Part shown: piece after piece, positions 1-7,966 of the stretch | Position numbering within the stretch: position 1 is the stretch's first letter | Layout: each line of letters starts with the position of its first letter | Assembly: GCA_046757165.1 (NCBI GenBank) | Contig: JBHHXT010000128.1 | Coordinates: forward strand, 1 to 13,141 | Direction: 5' to 3' | Source: a bacterium | Lineage (GTDB): Bacteria; Zhuqueibacterota; Zhuqueibacteria; Oceanimicrobiales; Oceanimicrobiaceae | Length of the DNA: 13,141 nt | Made by a program: the position numbers and the translations under genes | The notes under the pieces: model-generated | Database searches by the model: none | What the model saw: only the letters and a program-made list of their open reading frames with translations | Told to the model about the DNA's origin: nothing

Positions 1-10
1 TGTATTTAGT

Positions 11-82
11 CTCACGCAGAGACTGCGGAGCTCACAGAGTTTGCGTGTTTATGAGCTTCATTTCTCTGCGCGCTCGCGTGAG
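11..82. repeat. Small imperfect inverted-repeat (REP/MITE-like) element
   Basis: CTCACGC (11-17) pairs with GCGTGAG (76-82), and GCAGAG (16-21) has its complement CTCTGC at 64-69. The left arm is made of CAGAG/CGGAG-like repeated units. Confidence 0.55.
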
Positions 83-136
83 GCAATGTGGTACGTCAAC
101 AGTGGGCGCCGTCGCTCGCAAGGGCTTCTCCCCTGA

Positions 137-1405
137 ATGAAAAAAGTCCTGATCATAGCCTACTATTTCCCGCCGCTCGGGATGGGCGGAACCCAGCGCG
201 TGGCGAAGTTCATCAAGTATTTGCCGCAGTTCGGCTGGCATCCGCTGGTGGTGACGGTGAAGCAAGTTGCGTATTATGCCACGGACGAAACCCTGTTACA
301 GGACGTCGAAGAGGCAACGATTTATCGAACGGGGTCCCTGGACCCGCAGCGGCTTGCGCATCTTGTTTCCGGCCGTGGCAGCACCCCCAAAACCGGCGTC
401 AGGAAGGCCAAAGGCGCCTTGCAGAAATTGCTCAACTGGCTTTTCATCCCGGACACCAAGATTCTCTGGCTGCCGTTCGCGTTTTTGAAGTCTCTGCAAG
501 TTATTTACAGAGAAAAGCCGGATTGCCTGCTCACGACCTCCCCTCCCCACTCTGTGCACCTGTTGGGTCTCGTGCTCGAGCTATTTTGCAACCTGAAGTG
601 GGTGGCTGATTTTCGTGATGGCTGGAGCGGTGGCAATTTTCAGTATGAGCCCACGGTCCTGCACCGGTGGTTGAACAGATTCTGGCAGGCGCGTGTGGTG
701 CGAGGAGCAGACGGAGTGGTTGCGGTCTCATCGTTGTTGCAGGAGAAACTGCGCGCCGCGAGTTTGTCGAACCCGTCAAAATTCTGCTGCATCACCAACG
801 GATTCGATTTGGCCGACGTTGCAAAAGCCGCCCACGTGGGTCGCAACACCCGATTCACCATGACTCACTGCGGCACCCTGGCCACGGTTTCGCAGGTCCA
901 CGGTTTTCTCGAGGCGTTGTCCGACTTGCTCTCGAAGACACCGGAGCTGCGAAACAAGGTTGCGGTCGACTTTGTCGGGTACGTTCTGGATGCCGGCGTC
1001 GCGCAACAGGTCGATGAAATGGGCCTCGCTGACATCGTGCGGTTTAGCGGCTATTTGAATCATCTTCTGGCTTTAGAAAAAGTTCTGGCCGCCGACCTCT
1101 TACTATATTTCGTGTCCCCTGACGTAAGTGACGATTTCATACCAGGTAAGACGTTTGAATATATGGCCGCCGCAAAAGGAGTTCTCGCAATCGGTCCTGA
1201 AGTAGAGGGGGTAAAGATCTTGAGCGAATTCTGCCAGGTCAGAGTCGTTCCGCATCATGACCTCGCCGCCATTGCCCGGGCGATTTATGCGTTCTACGTT
1301 ACTGAGAGCAAAGAGCGACCCGGAAGCAAAACCCACGACCTGGGCCGATTTGAGCGTGAACACCTTACCGCGCAACTGGCTCGACAGCTGGATAGCCTGC
1401 AGTAG
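137..1405 (+). CDS. Glycosyltransferase family 4 (GT-B fold), 422 aa
   Basis: N-terminal MKKVLIIAYYFPP..GG..R, then TSPP, W-V-A-D-F-R-D-x-W, ITNGFD, and the C-terminal donor-binding motif PGKTFEYMAA typical of GT4 enzymes. Confidence 0.92.
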   Translation: MKKVLIIAYYFPPLGMGGTQRVAKFIKYLPQFGWHPLVVTVKQVAYYATDETLLQDVEEATIYRTGSLDPQRLAHLVSGRGSTPKTGVRKAKGALQKLLNWLFIPDTKILWLPFAFLKSLQVIYREKPDCLLTTSPPHSVHLLGLVLELFCNLKWVADFRDGWSGGNFQYEPTVLHRWLNRFWQARVVRGADGVVAVSSLLQEKLRAASLSNPSKFCCITNGFDLADVAKAAHVGRNTRFTMTHCGTLATVSQVHGFLEALSDLLSKTPELRNKVAVDFVGYVLDAGVAQQVDEMGLADIVRFSGYLNHLLALEKVLAADLLLYFVSPDVSDDFIPGKTFEYMAAAKGVLAIGPEVEGVKILSEFCQVRVVPHHDLAAIARAIYAFYVTESKERPGSKTHDLGRFEREHLTAQLARQLDSLQ

Positions 1406-1586
1406 AGAGTGGGTGGAATTTTTAGGTTGAAAAATAAGTTTGTCTTCAGTAAATTCGATACGATGGCCAGCTTAGTCTGGCTGGTCTCGCCACTGCTGCT
1501 TCGCATGAATTGTCTCGGGGTCATTTTTTCCGTTTTCTGGCAGCCATCGTAACCTTGTTAGCTGTTGTCCTAACGAACGAACACGA

Positions 1587-2354
1587 GTGTTTGTCACAGA
1601 TTTACTGGCTCGAAAGAAAGTTCTCAACATCGCACATCGCGGTTTCACGGCGCAGGCGCCTGAGAATACCATGAAGGCGTTTCGCGACGCCATGCAACTG
1701 GGCGCCGACGGCATCGAGCTAGACGTCCGGAGATGCCGGAGCGGCGAGGTGGTCGTGTTTCATGATTCCAGGTTGGACCGGATGACCAATGGCAACGGCC
1801 TGCTCAAGAACACCCCGCTCGCCGGGTTGAAGACGCTAAGAATTGTCCACCAGGGCCGCGAAACCGAAGAGCAAATTCCGACCCTGGAGGAAGTGCTCGA
1901 TCTGGTGCGCGACAAGATGCTGGTCAATATTGAAATCAAAGCCAATGGCCTGCCAACGAGAAACAATTTGGAAGAAAAAGTCTTGCAGATTTGTGGTCGC
2001 TTTGGCCTCGAGTACAAAGTGATCCTCTCTTCCTTTAACCCACTGACCGTGCGCAAAGTCAGAAAACTCGATGAGCAAGTCCTGAATGGCTTCATTATCG
2101 ACAAGAATTTCAACATCGGAAACACCGAATTGCTTTTGGGTAAAGTGGCCGGGGCCCGGGCGATTCACATGGAGAGCTCTCTGCTCACGGCTGCCCTGGC
2201 CAGGAAGATCTCCCGGCGTGGATTGTATTGCCTTGTCTGGACCGTCAATGCAAGAGAGGCCATGCGTCGATTTGTCCAGCTTGGTGTAAATGGGATTATT
2301 ACCGATAAACCGGATGTGCTGGATTCGATCATCCGTGAGGTGGCGAATGACTAA
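1587..2354 (+). CDS. Glycerophosphodiester phosphodiesterase (GDPD family)
   Basis: Hallmark motifs IAHRG, PENT, GIELDV, VFHD..LDRMT, IPTLEEVL, NIEIK, SSFN, WTVN and GIITDKP. GTG start; the exact start is uncertain. Confidence 0.95.
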   Translation: MFVTDLLARKKVLNIAHRGFTAQAPENTMKAFRDAMQLGADGIELDVRRCRSGEVVVFHDSRLDRMTNGNGLLKNTPLAGLKTLRIVHQGRETEEQIPTLEEVLDLVRDKMLVNIEIKANGLPTRNNLEEKVLQICGRFGLEYKVILSSFNPLTVRKVRKLDEQVLNGFIIDKNFNIGNTELLLGKVAGARAIHMESSLLTAALARKISRRGLYCLVWTVNAREAMRRFVQLGVNGIITDKPDVLDSIIREVAND

Positions 2355-2368
2355 ACCTGACGGGCGTC

Positions 2369-4810
2369 ATGTTTTCCCATCTTAGCTCCAGATTTTGGCA
2401 TTGGCCGGGTGCACGACACGTGGTCGCGTTCATCGGTCTGTTTCTCGTGCTGGTGACTGAGCCACTTCTCGCCCAGGATAGCAATGGGTATTTGTGGCCC
2501 ACCGACGCGAGCGACTTCCTGACCTCCGCCTTTGGTGAATACCGTCCGCGCCGGTTCCATACCGGCGTCGATGTCAAAACATGGGGCAAGATCGGCTACA
2601 AGTGTTTCGCTGTCCGGCCCGGGTATGTCTGGCGCATATCTGTCTCCCCCTATGGATACGGAAAAGCTATCTATCTAAAACTCGACAGCGGTGAGGTCGC
2701 CGTGTATGCCCACCTGTCGAGATTCAACGACAGAATTCAGGAGGTTGTCGAGGGCGAGCAGAGGCGAAGGGGCCAGTACCGCATCAACCTCTTTCTGAAG
2801 CCGGGGGTTCTACCGGTTGCCCGCGGGGATGTCATCGCGTACACCGGGCAAACCGGCATCGGAGCGCCGCACTTGCATTTTGAGATTCGCGACGCTGCTA
2901 ACCGGCCGATAAACCCTTTGCTCAAGGGCTACCGGATACCCGACGTGATCAGTCCCATCGTCACGAAAGTCAGCTTCAGTCCGCTGGATGGGAGTTCGGA
3001 AGTCAACGGAGATTACAAGCCCGTTGTCGTCGTGCCCCAGTGGGTGCGACCCGGGGAGTATATCATCAAAGAGCCCATTTCTGTTTGGGGCAACGTTGGC
3101 CTGGCGGTTTCAGCTTATGACAAGAGCCTGGAGACATCTAATCGTTTCGGGGTCTATCAGCTCAGGCTCCTGGTAGATGAGATCGTGCGGTTTGAATATC
3201 AGTACGACCGGCTGTCCTTTCCAAATAATCCCATGGTCGAGCTCGAACGAGATTATCGTCTTTCGCGTCGGAAGCTGGGTCGTTTCTACAAATTATACAA
3301 GGACAGACACAACCTCAGAAGCAACTACCAGCCGAACGAGACCTGGGGCGGTGTGCTTCACAGCGCCTCCTTGAGTGCGGCGCCAAATCTTTTGTCGAAA
3401 TCGGGCCTGGAACCCGGGCAGCGAAACCAACCGTTTCGGGCAGGCTGTTTACTGCCGGGAGAGCACCGCATCCGTATCGAAATCGCGGACATTTTTGGCA
3501 ACGTCAGCACGGTTTCCGGCAGGGTGAAGGTTGGGTCTGCCTTTGATATTCATCCGCTCATCCGGGAAGACGAAAACGGCGATTTGACCCTTGCAGACGT
3601 GGTGACCTTCGATCTCGAGCAGTTGAAAGAGCTGGACGTTTCTGTACTCATCCGCAGTCGCTGGCAAGAGATTCCGTTTGACTGGCCATCACGCTTTGAT
3701 TCTTTGCGCGAAAAGGGAGGGGGGAGCAGCGACCTCGAATGGGCGGAGCCACCCGAGCCCCTTCCACTTTCAAATCAGACCGGGTTTCGTCCGGTTATTC
3801 TCAAGATTTCAGGCCGCGACCAGTTTGAGGTAAGCTCCTATCCCTTCTATTATGTGCGTTCCGGCTCAGTCGAGCACTCCCCGCCGCCACAGCTCACCGT
3901 CACCTATGATTTCTACGATGATTATGCTCGGCTTGAAGTGCAGACCAAGCACATTTTGCGCGGCGTCCCGGGGATCACGCTCTATCCGGGGCGCTCAGGT
4001 GCGCGCGAAATCCAGATGCACCAGGTCGATCTGAAACGATTCATTGGCCGGATTGCCCTGGACCAGCTGCAGGGCACGGAACACCCGCTGGCGATCACGG
4101 TCGAAACCTTGAACGGTGAACAGTTCTCTGTTTATGAAATGTTTCTGGCTGAAGAAGTCAAACCAGCCAGCCCTGACCGCATTGTGTCCGACGATAACAA
4201 GTTCTGGGTGAGCTTCGGCCGAAATTCCCTGTACCGGACAATCTACACGCGGATTCACATTGACAACGCCAAAGTCATTCCCGATCTGGATGCTGTCGGT
4301 CCTATATATACCGTGGAACCCAAAGACGCTCTGATGAAGAAAGGGGCGCTGGTCAATATACAGTATGCAGATTCCACCAGAAAGCCGGACAAGCTGGGCG
4401 TGTATTACGAAAGCCGCCCGGGCCGCTGGGTTTTCATCGACAATCAACACGACATCTCATCGAATTCCATTTCCGCCAAAGTGTTGAGCTTCGAGGATTT
4501 TGCTCTGATTCGGGACGAGGAGCCACCGGAGGTGACGCACATCCGGCCCGGCAATAACGCGCGCCTGAGAAACAAAATGCCCCTCATTTCCGTTAGAGTA
4601 CGGGACCGCCTTTCTGGCATCAAGAGCGAAAAAGACCTCGAAATCCGGCTCGACGGCAAGCGAGTCATCGCCGAATATGACCCGGAAAGACGCAAGGTTA
4701 CCTACCAGGTGAAAGCGCCACTGGCGTCTGGCCAGCACGAGCTGATGGTGATGGCCCTCGACAAATGCAGAAACGTCACCATCAAGAAATCTCAGTTTTG
4801 GATCGAATAG
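2369..4810 (+). CDS. Secreted M23-family zinc metallopeptidase-domain protein with long C-terminal beta-rich extension, 813 aa
   Basis: Signal-peptide-like N-terminus (VVAFIGLFLVLVTEPLLA|QD). M23 zinc motifs HTGVD (HxxxD), YAHL and PHLHFEIR (HxH). C-terminal Ig-like-looking segment (DEEPPEV...SGI...LDGK...GQHEL...D.C.N). Confidence 0.88.
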   Translation: MFSHLSSRFWHWPGARHVVAFIGLFLVLVTEPLLAQDSNGYLWPTDASDFLTSAFGEYRPRRFHTGVDVKTWGKIGYKCFAVRPGYVWRISVSPYGYGKAIYLKLDSGEVAVYAHLSRFNDRIQEVVEGEQRRRGQYRINLFLKPGVLPVARGDVIAYTGQTGIGAPHLHFEIRDAANRPINPLLKGYRIPDVISPIVTKVSFSPLDGSSEVNGDYKPVVVVPQWVRPGEYIIKEPISVWGNVGLAVSAYDKSLETSNRFGVYQLRLLVDEIVRFEYQYDRLSFPNNPMVELERDYRLSRRKLGRFYKLYKDRHNLRSNYQPNETWGGVLHSASLSAAPNLLSKSGLEPGQRNQPFRAGCLLPGEHRIRIEIADIFGNVSTVSGRVKVGSAFDIHPLIREDENGDLTLADVVTFDLEQLKELDVSVLIRSRWQEIPFDWPSRFDSLREKGGGSSDLEWAEPPEPLPLSNQTGFRPVILKISGRDQFEVSSYPFYYVRSGSVEHSPPPQLTVTYDFYDDYARLEVQTKHILRGVPGITLYPGRSGAREIQMHQVDLKRFIGRIALDQLQGTEHPLAITVETLNGEQFSVYEMFLAEEVKPASPDRIVSDDNKFWVSFGRNSLYRTIYTRIHIDNAKVIPDLDAVGPIYTVEPKDALMKKGALVNIQYADSTRKPDKLGVYYESRPGRWVFIDNQHDISSNSISAKVLSFEDFALIRDEEPPEVTHIRPGNNARLRNKMPLISVRVRDRLSGIKSEKDLEIRLDGKRVIAEYDPERRKVTYQVKAPLASGQHELMVMALDKCRNVTIKKSQFWIE

Positions 4811-4818
4811 CTAATTGA

Positions 4819-5475
4819 ATGATTCCTCTCAAAGACGATAACCCTCGCTCGACCTTTCCGGTTCTGACTGTCGCGCTGATCGTCATAAATGTGATCGTTT
4901 TCTATTTTGAATTTCAGCTTGGCTACGTGCCCGTTATCGAGCGTTTCGGCGCCGTGCCCATGGTGATTCTCGAGGGACAACGGCTGGAAACGCTCTTTAC
5001 TTCCATGTTCTTGCATGGCGGGTTCATGCACCTGGCGGGCAACATGCTTTACCTGTGGATTTTCGGCGACAACATCGAGCACTACCTGGGACGTGGCCGC
5101 TTTATTGTTTTTTATTTCCTGTGCGGTCTGCTGGCTGTCTGGACGCATATCTTGCTCGGCGGCATTTCCAACGTGCCGATGGTCGGGGCGAGTGGCGCCA
5201 TCTCAGGAATCCTGGGGGCTTATCTGATCAAATATCCGAAGGCCCGCGTTCTGGTGCTTTTCCCGATTTTTGGCTTTCTGACGATGCGTCCCGTGCCTGC
5301 ACTGGTCGTGTTAGGTCTTTGGTTTGTGATGCAATTGTTTAGCGGAATTGGCTCGATTGGCGTACAAGGCGGAGGGGTGGCCTTCTGGGCTCATGTCGGA
5401 GGGTTTGTTGCCGGTGTCGTTTTGATCTTGATTTTTCCGGCAAAGAGACGCCAGAGCACGGTGGTTTTTCGTTGA
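4819..5475 (+). CDS. Rhomboid-family intramembrane serine protease, 218 aa
   Basis: MIPLKDDNP N-terminus, SMFLHGG..HL.GNM.YLWIFGDNIE, catalytic serine in VGASGAISG, catalytic histidine in AFWAHVGG, and about six hydrophobic segments. Confidence 0.95.
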   Translation: MIPLKDDNPRSTFPVLTVALIVINVIVFYFEFQLGYVPVIERFGAVPMVILEGQRLETLFTSMFLHGGFMHLAGNMLYLWIFGDNIEHYLGRGRFIVFYFLCGLLAVWTHILLGGISNVPMVGASGAISGILGAYLIKYPKARVLVLFPIFGFLTMRPVPALVVLGLWFVMQLFSGIGSIGVQGGGVAFWAHVGGFVAGVVLILIFPAKRRQSTVVFR

Positions 5476-5483
5476 TGCCGGGG

Positions 5484-5574
5484 TTCAGGAGATAAGCCAG
5501 AAGCAGACTGGCCACGAATTGACACGAGTTTGCACGAATTTAAGTTAGCTTTTCAGGAGATAAGCGAGAAGCAG
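5484..5574. repeat. 23-bp direct repeat (22/23 identical) enclosing a short CACGA tandem array
   Basis: TTCAGGAGATAAGCCAGAAGCAG at 5484-5506 versus TTCAGGAGATAAGCGAGAAGCAG at 5552-5574. Between them lies CACGAATTGA-CACGAGTTTG-CACGAATTT (5513-5541). Confidence 0.85.
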
Positions 5575-6015
5575 CCCCAACAACAGCCAGAGCGGTATCG
5601 ACAGAATCATCGCCCAATTGAGTCCTCTCAGGGTCCGGTTGGACTTCAACATCGTTTTCTTTTCAAGCCCACGTTCGACCTTCAGCTTCAATTCCCCCAG
5701 GTCCACAGGTTTGGTCAGATAATCAAATGCGCCGTTTTTCATGGCGTCGATCGCTGAGCCGACCTCCGGGTATCCAGTAAACATGATGACCTCGGTGGAA
5801 TTGTCCATCGTCTTGATTTTGTCGAGCAGCTCGACGCCGTCCATCCTCGGCAGCTTCAGATCCGTAATGACGAGATCGATTGGAGCCTCCTGGAATTTCT
5901 GCAGTGCCTCTTCACCGTCGTGAGCAGAGACAGGATGATAGCCCCAAAGATTCAGCGTTTCGGACATCAACTGAACAATATCCTCTTCGTCGTCGACAAT
6001 CATGACGTTTTGCAT
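5545..6015 (-). CDS. Response-regulator receiver-domain protein with C-terminal transmembrane helix, 156 aa
   Basis: ATG at 6015 with GAGGA Shine-Dalgarno upstream. Receiver motifs IVDDE, phosphoacceptor in ITDLKLP, FTG and LTKP. Ends in hydrophobic WAMILSIPLWLLLGLLLAYLL. The ORF-track start at 6087 is probably too far upstream. Confidence 0.9.
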   Translation of the reverse strand: MQNVMIVDDEEDIVQLMSETLNLWGYHPVSAHDGEEALQKFQEAPIDLVITDLKLPRMDGVELLDKIKTMDNSTEVIMFTGYPEVGSAIDAMKNGAFDYLTKPVDLGELKLKVERGLEKKTMLKSNRTLRGLNWAMILSIPLWLLLGLLLAYLLKS

Positions 6016-6141
6016 GCGCCGTCCTCGTTTATGTGATATGGGGCTAACACTCCAACACGACATAAAGCCAGCCCCTGATTTAGTCAACTGAGTTATCGGC
6101 GATGCGTTATTCTTACTTTAGAGTAACGTTGTTAAATGGAA

Positions 6142-6182
6142 ATTAATACTACAGCGAAAGTTTTTTTCGCTGTAGTATTAAT
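6142..6182. repeat. Perfect 18-bp inverted repeat with 5-nt loop in a divergent intergenic region
   Basis: ATTAATACTACAGCGAAA (6142-6159), loop GTTTT, TTTCGCTGTAGTATTAAT (6165-6182). Confidence 0.9.
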
Positions 6183-6211
6183 CTTCGTTTATGATAGGAG
6201 AGAAAAAACAC

Positions 6212-6239
6212 TTGACTTTAGAAACAAGATTACTATATT
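6212..6239 (+). promoter_or_regulatory. Sigma70-type promoter for the tRNA gene
   Basis: -35 TTGACT (6212-6217), 16-bp spacer, -10 TATATT (6234-6239); TATTAT at 18 bp is an alternative. An A-tract lies upstream and the tRNA starts 14 nt downstream. Confidence 0.75.
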
Positions 6240-6252
6240 ATGAATTCGTTAT

Positions 6253-6326
<74 letters not shown>

Positions 6327-6337
6327 CTACTGCAAGT

Positions 6338-6378
6338 AAGGGCTCAGGTGAAAACCTGAAGCCCTTTTTTATTTTTTT
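6338..6378 (+). terminator. Intrinsic terminator of the tRNA transcript
   Basis: GGGCTCAGGT-GAAA-ACCTGAAGCCC stem-loop with one bulged A, followed by TTTTTTATTTTTTT. Confidence 0.88.
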
Positions 6379-6409
6379 CCCGGGGTGTTTCTCCATACAT
6401 GGACTTTGG

Positions 6410-6518
6410 CTGGTTCCCAAACTCTACAGACAGTTTGGGAGCCCAATGAGCGCAGAAACTCCGTTTCGAGTCTCGGCAGCTCTCTCACACCCCCTGACCC
6501 GAAGTAGACTGCCTGCGT
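6410..6518. repeat. Partial (left-half) copy of the REPIN/MITE-like element at 7649-7814
   Basis: CTGGTTCCCAAACT...AGTTTGGGAGCC hairpin. Bases 6455-6518 match 7688-7751 at 61/64 nt. The right-hand palindromes are missing. Confidence 0.85.
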
Positions 6519-6524
6519 AATGAA

Positions 6525-7634
6525 ATGATCGCACGTGGCCGCATTTTTGTATTCATTGATGAATTCCAAAAAGTGGCAAGGATAACCGAACTGGTGAAAT
6601 TATTTTACGAAAGCGGATCCGAAATAAAGTTCGTTTTGACCGGCTCATCCTCAATGCTGATCGCCGACAAAATCAGCGAAAGCTTGCTGGGCAGAACCGA
6701 AACGTTTATTCTCTACCCCTTTTCATTCAGGGAATTTCTCTCAATTTCCGCTTCCGATTGGCCATTCTCTCTTTCATTGAGCACCAGTTCTGAAGTTGTG
6801 CAACGATTCCTCATAGCTCCGGAGGCGGCCTTTGCCGATGTGCAGGAGCATTATTCGCAAAACCATTACGCCTATCAGTCTATCGTTTCACAACAGCTTC
6901 CGCGTTATCTGTTGACGGGCGGCTACCCGCAAGCGGCACTGGCCGCAAATAGCGAGGAAGCCTTTTTGCGCTTAAAAGAAATCAAACAAACCTTTGTTGA
7001 AAAAGATATTGTCAGCCTATTACGCATCGAGAAACTGGCTGCATTTGACCGATGCTTACGTATGCTGGCGCTCCAAAGCGGAATGCTCATTCAATACAAT
7101 GATCTGCAGACCGGAATCGGCGTTAATTTTCAAACAATTAAACAATTTCTGAACATCGTGGAAGCCACCTACTTCTGGTCGCCAATTCAGGTTTATTCAA
7201 CAAATAGAATCTCGACCATCAAGAAGCGTCCCAAAGCCTACTTCAGCGATCTCGGTATGCGTAATTATTTGGCTTCAACTTTTGACAGGACTCAACTGGA
7301 AAAGGAAAAGGGAGAAATCGCGGAAAACTTTGTCTATCTGCATCTGCTAAGGTTGCAGCAATACCGGCTGAAAGGAATGGCAAAGTTAGCTTTCTGGCGC
7401 AGTCCGGATGGCAATGAAGTTGACTTTGTTCTCGGGTCGGGCGCAAATGTCCTGCCGATTGAAGTGAAATTTCAAAAGTCCGGACAGGTGAAGATTCAAC
7501 GCGGGTTCCACATTTTTTTACGTAAGTTGGAGCTTGAACAGGCTATTGTGGTTTCCAACTCGACCCTGGAAGAACGCCGTACGAGTGAGTGCAGGATATT
7601 TATCATTCCCATCGTGCTTCTCGGAATGGTTTGA
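6525..7634 (+). pseudogene. 5'-truncated AAA_14/DUF4143-type ATP-binding protein (Walker A region absent)
   Basis: Begins almost at Walker B (FVFIDEFQ). Has LTGSSS, ESLLGR, LYPFSFREF, YLLTGGYP, PKAYFSDLG, AENFV and a C-terminal PD-(D/E)xK-like EVDFV...PIEVK. There is no P-loop, and an in-frame TGA at 6495-6497 inside the repeat blocks upstream extension. Confidence 0.75.
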
Positions 7635-7648
7635 TTGCACAGTGCGTT

Positions 7649-7814
7649 CTGGTTCCCAAACTCCGGTTTGGGAACCACGTGTCCCGCGAAACTCCGTTTC
7701 GAGTCTCGGCAGCTCTCTCACACCCCCGGACCCGAAGGAGACTGCCCGCGTCCTGCTTAGGCTGAACGGAGTTTAGCCTCCCAGTGGGTTCCCAAACCGG
7801 AGTTTGGGAACGAG
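7649..7814. mobile_element. Complete REPIN/MITE-like non-autonomous element, 166 bp
   Basis: Terminal inverted arms 7649-7676 (CTGGTTCCCAAACTCCGGTTTGGGAACC) and 7787-7814 are 27/28 identical and each is itself a hairpin. An inner inverted pair is AAACTCCGTT (7689-7698) / AACGGAGTTT (7765-7774). No transposase is in the window, so mobility is inferred. Confidence 0.75.
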
Positions 7815-7816
7815 GG

Positions 7817-7904
7817 GAACACGAAATATGGAGAACACGAAAGACTTGTGCACACTCCCCGGAGCGGTTGCAGTTGATGCACACGCCCCGGAGCGCTGCC
7901 AGTT
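7817..7904. repeat. Two short direct-repeat pairs upstream of the transporter gene
   Basis: GAACACGAAA at 7817-7826 and 7833-7842. TGCACAC(T/G)CCCCGGAGCG at 7849-7866 and 7878-7895 (17/18 identical, 29-bp period). Confidence 0.75.
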
Positions 7905-7966
7905 TGCGACCGGTGGAATTCCAATCGGGATGATTTTGTTTAGATCAAAAAAGAGGTCACCCACCC

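Noticed and set aside
4819..6015. Rhomboid cleaving the neighbouring membrane-anchored receiver protein
   Set aside because: The only support is convergent adjacency. The anchor would be N-in/C-out, whereas characterised rhomboid substrates are mostly N-out.
6455..7751. Template/variable repeat pair of a diversity-generating retroelement
   Set aside because: Neither copy lies in a credible gene, there are only three differences, both copies belong to a palindromic repeat family, and there is no reverse transcriptase in the window.
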